From positions 58,316 through 78,315 of the forward strand of contig JYFJ02001495.1 in the NCBI GenBank assembly GCA_000934665.2: DNA of 20,000 bases, in the 5' to 3' direction. This DNA comes from Catajapyx aquilonaris. Taxonomy: Eukaryota. The notes beneath the pieces are model-generated. The model worked only from the letters and a program-made list of their open reading frames with translations, had not been told where the DNA came from and did no database searches. Both the position numbers and the translations under genes were made by a program. Shown here piece by piece: positions 10,785-20,000 of this stretch (its first letter is position 1; every line of letters starts with the position of its first letter).

Positions 10785-13744
10785 ATTACGCTATGCCTTT
10801 CGTAATAATTATTATTACGCTGACAAAAAAAATATTTTGAAATGAGATGAACTACTTAGTCCATGAATCCTCCAGAAAACAATTCTTGGGAGAAATCTTG
10901 CGATTTGGAAACATCGCTCCTTTACCAAATGTAAACAAAAATTTTCACTAGTCTGCGCTTTCATCCCCGTTTCCAAATTGCGTGAAAAACATGGCAAATT
11001 AAAGTTCCTCCGAGTGTCCCAATCGCGGAAGAGGAACAACCCAAATCTGAGTTCGTGTAACTATGCAAGCATCTAAAAATCGTCAGTCTCCAGGAGATAA
11101 GGTTCTCCCATCAGATTACTTTCAAGAAGTGTGCAAAAATGATTCCTTTGTGTCCGTAAGCCCTCCCTCGAGTCGCACACACCAACAAAAACTGAGGTTC
11201 AAATCTCGGTGAGAAATACACGTTTTCTCCTTCACTAGGTACGCGAACGGCCTGCACCAATCTTAATTAGCTAATCTGGTCCGCCCTGAAGAAGAAAGTC
11301 CCTTCTTGTGGTTGACCCGGATCAGGATTAGTTTTCTTTTTTTATTGTTTTTGTCGCTTTAACACACCGGAACAGGATGGTCAGTTTTGTTTTCCAACCC
11401 TTGGTCCACCACAAGAAAATATGGCCGGCCTTCAACGGACAATGTCCTTGGCGGTTGGCATACCCGGAGGGAAGGGACGCCTGCACCACGTGTTAGGCCT
11501 AGGTAAAATTAACGAGCTTTTTTGTAACAAATCGGTGAATATGTCAACAATTGTTTCCTTGTAGCCCATTGTTGGCTGATTAAGGTGACTACTTTCTAAT
11601 GATCAAAAAGTCTGTCATCGCTAGGTCTTAGAACGGCCAATTGAGCAGGAAGACCACAGAAACCAAGCTCAAAGTAACGTTTACGTTTCTCCAGTTTGTG
11701 ACAGCTGCCAACTGATAGAGAGATACAATTAAATAGGATGATCCCCAAGCTAGACTACCAGTTACACTAGCCCTTAGGCAGGACTGAAGAAATCTAGGTT
11801 TCTAGGACCAATCTGGACAATTTTTCTGCTTCGTTTATGTCCTGCAGCACTGATTCAATTAGCGTATCATTAGCTACAAAAAAAGGGGTGATTTCCATCA
11901 TTGTAAACTATATATTCATCACTTGAGATCTATTTCGCACTATTTTTTTCCCATATTCTCAGACAGTTTTCTTCACCCCCAGCAGACAGTTGTATGCAAA
12001 TGGGTGAAAACTGCATGTTGCAATTAAAGTTGGCGTGATCTTTCAAGGCCGTTTCCCAGACCCATTAGGAGTATTATGCAAAATAGATCGGAGAAAAGTC
12101 AGCAAAAGGATCGGGTTAATGACCATATATTTCATAGATGAGGTTGGAAGGGTGGGGACAAGCGGAATTCTGATGAAGTGGATTCTGGTCCGAGAGAAAT
12201 TGAGGCTAACGAGCAGATCAGATTCGAGGTCAGTCAAAGAATAGTATCCCTGGATATATGTAACGGCTTACTGCCCTTAACCTTAGTGGACTGCTATAAA
12301 TTCGCACGAATATTAATTACACCTTTATAACCGCGGGAAGGCGAATAGAGACGCATAGCACCTCGACTATGATTGCAAGTGTCACAATTAGTCTCCAGTA
12401 AAGCAGGAAATCCGTTACATTTTTATATACACAAAGCCATTATTGTTATTTTTTGTACTGTATATAGGAGAGTCTACTTTCAAGTGACATTCTTGGTGGA
12501 ATTGTGCTTGGTACAACTCTTTTTTAAAATCTTTAGTAGGGCTAGACCTTCATGTTTTATTCTAGAGAGTTGCAATTATATTCAAGGTGAAAATGTGCGC
12601 AATGTAGTTCATTTCAACCTATTCGATAAAGTGACTTCAGCTGCATTTTTAAATGTGAATAATATTCAAGAAATCTTTTGAAGATGGCTTATGTCCACAT
12701 TATTATTTACAATGAACCAATAGAAGCCAACTCAACCTATATTTTCATTTATACTATATACAAAAGAATGTAAGTGACATTGAGCGTTTAACAGCCCCTT
12801 AGCAGCTCCTGAAGTAGCAAGTAATGTACACATAATTATGCAGTTATATAAACTTTTCTTATGTTCTCTCTCAATTTTTTAAAAGGTGAAAGGCAGATTG
12901 TAGATTTGTAGGAAAAATGGGGGCTCCCATAAAGCAATTTCATTTCATTGGTTCTGCCAATTGGACCTCTAGAGCGTTTTATTCCTTTGTGCTGAGGACA
13001 TGTCGTGAGGGTTTTAGAAATTGCCCAGAAGCAATGTGGATATAAAGCTTACAATTGCCTTGTTTTTATATATGCTTGACCGCCTCTACTGCCCCCGGAA
13101 TTATTATTTACTAGACCATTTGCCGGCTGATCTACTGGCAAAGGAATTTTTATTAAGGTTGGGCTCCACTATAGTTATGAAACCCCACAATTTTCCAAAC
13201 GTCATATCTTGAAAGCGACAAAATATCAGTTATCATAAGACGCCGTGTGAACAAGTGATTCTCATGACAAGAAATTCAGATGACGTAAGGCGAAAGTTAA
13301 GGTAGCAGAATTCGACGCGGGCGGAACGAAAACGTCAGCAATGCAAGAAATTGAGTCCCATGTAATTGGCAGTTAATTAAGCCTTGCCTATGGCACCTTT
13401 TTTTCTATTTGTAAAAATCACAGCCCCTTTGTTGCAGTCTCATCCTACAAGGGGCGGAGACGGATCCATTAGATTCGCTTCCGCGTAGAAAACATGGCTT
13501 CCAGGAATTGGAATCCTTGCATAATTTATGGGACTTGTTCTAGGCCCATAAGCAGAGACCCCCGTCGTGCATAGGTTTTTACAGAGACTGACCATGTTCG
13601 CGGGTGATTATGATTGTATAGGACTCGTTAAGTAGGCCTACGAGTCGGTTGTAAGGCTGTAAACCTGATCTTATTAAGGAGGTTGGTCACGCTTGGCTGC
13701 CGATAGATGGAAGCACTGCGGTCGCCACCTACCAGCCGCATATA

Positions 13745-14143
13745 GGCAAACCCCTGGTCGCCGCAAGTGGCCCGTAGGTTGTGTATCCGCTGAAGATAGG
13801 GCTGTATCCGCAAGGAAGGTTAGGTTAGGTTAGGTTAGGTTAGGTTAGGTCATAACCTGTCGTAACCTAACCTAAAGGTTAAAGGTTAGGTTAGGTTAGG
13901 TTAGGTCATAACCTGTCATGACCTAACCTAACCTAAAGGTTAAAGGTAAAAGTAAGGTTAGGTTAGGTTAGGTCATAACCTGTCATAACCTAACCTAACC
14001 TAAAGGTTAAAGGTAAAGGTTAGGTTACGTTATAACCTAACCTAACCTAACCCCAAGTGGTTTCCACAACCTGCCCTAACCTAACCTATATATAGGTTAG
14101 GTTAGGGCCGGTTGTGGGAACCTCTAGGGTTTTGAAGTACGCC
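13745..14143. mobile_element. Candidate 399-bp non-autonomous element carrying the telomeric array
   Basis: The left end is TATA|GGC-AAACCCCT and the right end in reverse complement is TATA|GGC-GTACTTC-AAAACCCT. This fits short imperfect TIRs with a TATA (or TA) duplication. The terminal match is short and could be chance. Confidence 0.35.
13818..14122. repeat. Interstitial telomeric-type (TTAGG)n/(CCTAA)n array in alternating orientation, ending in a 64-bp palindrome
   Basis: Four modules, approximately (GGTTA)6-spacer-(TAACC)2, (GGTTA)4-spacer-(TAACC)2, (GGTTA)3-spacer-(TAACC)3 and (GGTTA)2-CGTTA-(TAACC)4. A palindrome follows at 14059-14122 with 32-bp arms and 2 mismatches. Confidence 0.95.
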
Positions 14144-16469
14144 TATACCAGCCAAGTGATTATTAATTTATTTAACATTCTAATTATTTTGGGTGTGAAT
14201 TGACGGTTTACTTTACACTTTGTTGATTACAGTAATTCTTGGAGTGAAAAAAAAACAACAAATATTTCCTTATTGCTCTTTTGCCTTTTCCTAGACTGAA
14301 ACAAAATAATGCACTGAATCATACAGATCGAGGTTTCGCACAGGGAAAGTCTGGAATTTTGTAATTGTCGGTTTTACAGCGTTGTTTTGTAGTGTAATTT
14401 AACAGCGAGCCGGTTCAGGATTATTTTATTAATATATAAGCTTTTATACTAGGTGATTGGATTACTTTGCAGGATTATATGACTATTGTCTGGAGGAATA
14501 CCGTATTTGTACTTCTCAAAGGCGTGTGTGACGTCATTGAATATTTGGTTGATAAAAACAGGTCATTCATTATGCTAAGTGCAAAAAAATTGCGAAGAGC
14601 CATTACTCAGGTCTAATAGGGGCGGAAATTAAAATTTGTCAAATTCCTGACTTTTTTTTGGATATTTTGAAAGTCACTTGCTATTCAGGACCTTTGATCT
14701 ACCCGACAAAGTAGGTCCAGGAAAACAACTTTTTAAAAACGAACTGAAGCAGGAATTAGCACATTCTTCAAATTTACTTTGGCAAAAAGCATAAAAAGGA
14801 TCCAATTTCAGGAACAAGCCGGATTTCACCTTTCGCGGGAGTTAAAACTAGGTTATAGAGCCGGTTTTATTAGTATGGGAACTTTTAGGCCCATTTGTAT
14901 TCAACTGGCATTCACTCTAGATTGATAAGATCAGTCTATGGTGAGTCAAAACACGTGCAAATTGGTCGCTTAAATTATTTTTCGCACGTTGCATTGTTAA
15001 AAGTGACTGACAGGGTTAGTGCAAAAACATGACGACCAAGTAATTAAAAGATAGAAATAGTTAGTGACATTATTAACCTCATTCGGATGGAATGAAATTG
15101 TGGCCAATTGTATGCAAAATTTATTAAGCTAAGTAAATTTGTCGGCAGTTTACGTATGCTCGATTATGCCAACACTTTTTCCGCATTAGCACTAAGCGTA
15201 TCTAATTATCGCATATCTCATACTTATTTACGTCACAAGAAACTCCGTACTGTATAGCTTTTCAGAAAAAAATGATGTTATTTTGTAACCATATCAAACT
15301 GATCATAACTACTGTACACGCCCTGCTAACTTCCCTTCTAAAAAGGTGAAACGGGTCATTACTAATGTACGCAATTTAATATGAAAGCGATAAGATTTAC
15401 CCATATAGCAAATTATGCCGTTGTAACGGTACAGTAAATATGACCATATCAAGTATAAAAAAGTCACCTTCACCTTCACCCTGACAATATAACTTTCCCA
15501 TGACTCTAAGTCCGGTTGTTTAAAAAACCGAGCTATTTACTGCTTGCCCAATCTTATGGGAAAGCCAAACACGATCGACTCTCAAAGACGCCATTTTTAA
15601 GACAGGCGAAGCTGAACAGGAAGGACACGGATTTGCTAACAAATTAAAAAAGAAAGAAAAAATAGTGTAATGGAAAAAACTACATGGGGCTTGGTTCCTG
15701 TGACCACCTCGATTATGTCAACAAGTGTAAGATGCCGAAAAAAAATCATGGTTGGCTGCCCTAGTGGGGTGGGGCCCATTTCCATGATTTCATCAAAAAT
15801 CAAGGTCCGGATTTCTTTTTTTTTTTGAGGGGGGGGGGGGGTAGATTTTTTGATTAATAGTGCGAGGACTTCTGGCATGTGCCTGGCTATAGTGGAAAAT
15901 TTTGCCTGAACGAAAATGGTGAGGCACAGTCATGGTTGTGTGAACAGTCAGTCCTTGTATCGAGAGGGTGACAAAGTGTGACCGGTACCGTGCTATCGGA
16001 GATGAGGCTAGTTGTGTGGATAAGACAACCGCATTCCTATGTAACAAAATGTTACGTAAATTTAAATGTTATCCAAATCAACGAAACGAAATAGTTCAAC
16101 CAAGTTAAATCCAAATGTAATTAATACTATTCAGGATGTAAGGTATAAGTAGTTCAGCGTAGGTTGGTGTTGCTTTCTATTTGAAGTTTCCAGAGGGAAA
16201 AAATACAGGTGTTATACCCTTGTGAATTTCTACTTCCTTTACATGTTAATGATGTATCGAAACACTGAACAAGTTCTGTGTCTCTAATGCAAAAGTCTTG
16301 TCAGGATAATTTTTTTATCATGCACACTTCATTAGTGTGAAGTGAAACTGATATAACTATTCCACACGGAATTAGATACGAGCCAATCCGTTTTTTATTA
16401 TTCAAGAGATTATGTGATCTAGCATATACTCAAACTACTTGTGGTACAAAAATAATTTTCAAAAAAAAA

Positions 16470-16620
16470 CTTAGTACCTTAAAATAAAAACTTGTCTTCT
16501 AAAAAACCTTACATTCCAAAAAACTTACCTTATAAAACACCTTACCTTATAAAACACCTTACCTTATAAAAACACCTTACCTTATAAAAAAAATCTTACC
16601 TTCAAAAAAACATTACCTTC
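16470..16620. repeat. 17-19 bp minisatellite (CTTACCTTATAAAACAC)
   Basis: Near-perfect units start at 16524, 16541, 16558 and 16576, with degenerate copies on both sides. Confidence 0.9.
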
Positions 16621-19558
16621 ACCTCATCTGACCCTAAACATTATTAAACTTTAATCCAACGCAATATGGAACAAAAAGGTGATTACCGTCCAGATATCTC
16701 GTAACTCAACAATACCCATTGTTGGTTCGAATTTGGAGGGGGAAAAAAACCCGCACTTTCCAATTATGCGTATGGTACGTGTTATGAAGCTGACCTCTTT
16801 GTCAAGGTTTAAATTTTGGAGAGTTCAGGGGTACACCTCTGGGATGGAGACCACTATTGTTGAGAGAAGGAACGAAAAAAAAGGGGTTGAGAAATGAGGT
16901 TGTATTATGGGATACTAAGTCGTAGTGAAGTGGAACAAAAGGAACAATTTCATCCTGGTCCATGAGGGCATGAAACAATATTTGCCCATTGACCCACTTG
17001 GGTCACGACATGTTAGGAAATGTGTGACTTTTGGGAGCGGTCCTCTCCCGGAAAATATAATAAAATACCACAACGTACTTTTTAAAAAATAATTAGCACC
17101 ACATTTTGTTCAATGACCCACTTGTTCCTTTTTGCAAAAAAAAAAAAATGTGAGGAAACTCAGGCCATAAAAGTTACGCATAAGGTGTGTGCTATAAACC
17201 ACTCTAATTAGGCACATATTTTGGATCAGTGTGCGTGAGGGCGTGTATAATGTCACCTTTCTCTTTCATAAGTGGCGTATCTGCATAATTTTTTGGGGGG
17301 TGACGAGCTTCAACAATGAGAGCATTTCGTATGGACTTGGGAGGGAAGTGGAGGAAAAAAATTGCACAAGCAATGTCACGACGAGTACTTTCCCACATGT
17401 TTTGTCGTAATAGGGTCTAGATAGTGTTTTTTTTTAGAGAGAAAAAAAATAGAGTGTCACGGTTAATTTCGCGACAGTGGAAGTCACGTTATGAGTAAAA
17501 ATTAAATGGCACGTGTTTGGCGAAAATGGTCACGTTCTGTTGAAGATGTAACTGGACACTAAAATGAGGGTCCCGTTTTCTACATTTTTGTGACTTACTA
17601 AAAAAAATGTACTTCCGCACAAAATCGACTAATACAAAACAATGCTTTCTCCGCTGGTGGTATCAAGTACCGCCTTAGTATTGTTAGCTAATGTAAGACA
17701 TATGTTGCATTTCTCGAGGGGCAGTGCTCGGTACCGGTACTTTCGCCCTCCTGTATGACCTTCCCTCTCACACATGGGGGGGATCAGGGTGATGAAATTT
17801 TTTTCACATATAAACAAATTAATTACCATTTGTTTATTTTAATTTTATCCTGCACCATTTTTGCAAATAGTTTTCTCCGGATGGGCCCTACTCATCATGG
17901 CTTTCCTTCCTTCCGAAACACATTTGCCCACACACTGGACATTCGAGAGTGTGAGTGTTTTTTCCACGAAAGGTGTGTAGCTCCTGGATGGAAAATCTTT
18001 AAGGAAAAAAAAGGACAAGGAGAGATCGGCATGCTTCCAAAACAAAAGAGAGAGGTGGTGGTGGTGGTGGAGGTAACATTTTGGCTTACCCCCCTCCACC
18101 CCCTCCACTCACCTCACCTCACTTCAACCATTGCACTTTCCCCAATCCTTATACTGGATGGTAAGTTGGAGTCGAGTGGTAGTTGCGTGCTGGCTGTTGG
18201 GCAGCTCATAGCTGCTGGGGAAAAAAAACTATTTGCAAAATAGTGGAAGGCACGTGCGTTTTTTTTTCTGGTGGTAAAGACATGAGTGGACGTTGGTGAT
18301 CAGTTTTTTTTGGCTTGTGTGTGTTGTGAGTTTGCTTATTTTTGGGACGGTGCAGGATTTGGTGATTTGGTCCAGTGAAGTGAGTGCGTTTTGTTTGTTT
18401 GGGGGATGTGGTGACTAATTTTTTTTATTTAAGTATAACTCAAAATAGATAGCAAATTTGATAAAATCACTGAAATTAATTTTTGGCAATATTTGTTGCT
18501 AAGTTCAATGTGCTAAAAACATTCCCAGTTAAAAACTACCCCTAATAGGGCATCGAGATCATATTTTAAACTTTGATTTTTTAAAAAAATTCGTACAAAT
18601 TGGAACATTTTGTATTATACTGATGTGCCTATATTCAGTTGATATCGCGAATATCACTTGCAAAATTTTTATCTCACATGTCTCATAACACGTTTGACGT
18701 GACAAACTTTCCCATTATAGCACGTACAAAAATTTCGTAATTTTTATCCAACACCTCTGTAACACATCTTGCACGAGACAAGAAATACCGTATTAAACGA
18801 CAAATTTCACGTCATACGATGTCCCCAAAACTTTTTCTTTCAAAAAAACGAGAGAAACGCATAATTTCAACACATGCGTGTCGCACATAGAAAAAAAAAT
18901 ACATTTCGCAATTTATTGCAATTTAAACCTACCTATATCAATGCCAAAATAATTCGCTTCTGTCTGACCTTAACACAAATGGGAGCAGACAAAAACCGGT
19001 TGTCTTATACGTGACTTGAATCGTGTGACCATAAAACCGGAAGCTCCACTAATATTCTTCCTGCCGAAATTGGCTAAGAGTCAATATGCAAAAAAAATAA
19101 TTAAAGGGTTGATGACCGGTGGTCATAATCCGGGGTCAGTCTTAGGTGTTAAATAACACAATAACCTAGTAGGGAATTCAGGTGAGGATATACCTAAAGT
19201 GTGTCGTCACCTGCTTTGTCAGCTGCTGTTTTTGCAGTGCTAACTGGACTCTGGTTACGTACAACAATTTATGCAAAAAAATGGTGCAAAAATTGAGCGG
19301 GGGAAACGGGTTGGTGGAAAGGTGGTAATTAATATGTGCTCATCATTAATGGGAGGTGTTGAGGTGTGGGAATTTGTAATGAAATTTGAGGTGTAATTAG
19401 GGGCTGTTCAGCATCATGTGGTAGGAAATACCGGTAGATATCGTTTGGATAACAGTTAACGTCAATCTCATCGCTTCACACTCTATATGTTACCTTGTAC
19501 GTTTGGGGTAAAAGTTGTAACACTGTAAGGAGAGCAATAAGAAAAATATTTTTAATGA

Positions 19559-19594
19559 AACCATTTACCCTCTCTAGAGAAGGTAAATGGTTAA
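19559..19594. repeat. 34-bp palindrome, possibly a collapsed TTAA-type MITE
   Basis: AACCATTTACCCTCTCT|AGAGAAGGTAAATGGTT has 17-bp arms with 1 mismatch. The right end runs into TTAA. Confidence 0.75.
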
Positions 19595-20000
19595 GAGTGT
19601 AACACTGTAAGGGTAGCGGATGGATATTTATAAATGCAGGCTTACCAATCGGTGCCAATATTGCATGAGTGACAACTCCTTACAAGGTTGCATGACATAT
19701 CCATTGTTACTTGAGTTTTTTTTTGGTCAGAAAAGTGCAGTGTCGTGAAGCATGAATCCGGCCAATGAAATTGGGGTGTGGACAGTCTCGGATGAATATA
19801 TTGCAATGAAATATTGAGCATATCACCTTTTTTGATAATGGCGCAACTGGAAACAATCGCCACATATCCTGATAGCAGGTTGTGAAATTTAAAATTAAAA
19901 TATTTTTTTTTTGCGAAATCTAACGGCATGGTTGCCCTAGATTAGCCTTGTGAATTATTAATCCGGAATAGATCCGTTCAATTCAGATGTGATTATCTCA

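Noticed and set aside
13418..13460. miR-2/13-like microRNA (ATCACAGCC)
   Set aside because: Only a seed-length match, on the 5' arm of a hairpin too short for a pre-miRNA; miR-2 family mature sequences come from the 3' arm.
13818..14122. True telomere or telomerase RNA template
   Set aside because: The array is short, internal and bidirectional. A telomerase template is a single stretch of about 1.5-2 repeats, not an array.
15816..15841. T-run/G-run, mirrored by the C-run/A-run at about 6428-6450
   Set aside because: Homopolymers only, with no flanking similarity to support an inverted repeat.
16937..17132. MITE suggested by an 11-bp inverted repeat (AAAAGGAACAA) and an 11-bp direct repeat (TGACCCACTTG)
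   Set aside because: The repeats are short and no termini or target-site duplication could be defined.
17755..18243. 162-aa ORF
   Set aside because: No ATG start, low-complexity runs from (GTG)n and poly-A, and no recognisable domain.

Overview
Eukaryotic, AT-rich, mostly non-coding animal DNA. The TTAGG/CCTAA repeats suggest an arthropod, but this is an inference. The only supportable protein-coding sequence is the last exon (688-1314, +) of a TMEM121/CECR6-family membrane protein gene. Its upstream exons lie outside the window, and a probable 3' UTR of about 2.4 kb ends near AATAAA at 3749. The rest holds two tRNA-derived SINE families, a foldback 64-bp satellite, a 17-bp minisatellite and degenerate DNA-transposon relics. 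The most unusual structure is at 13741-14147: arthropod-type telomeric repeats arranged as four head-to-head hairpin modules plus a 64-bp palindrome, between possible TATA target-site duplications. The first SINE is a composite with an 11-bp target-site duplication and a degenerate hammerhead-ribozyme-like motif. No new system can be proven from sequence alone, and the other ORFs in the track appear spurious.
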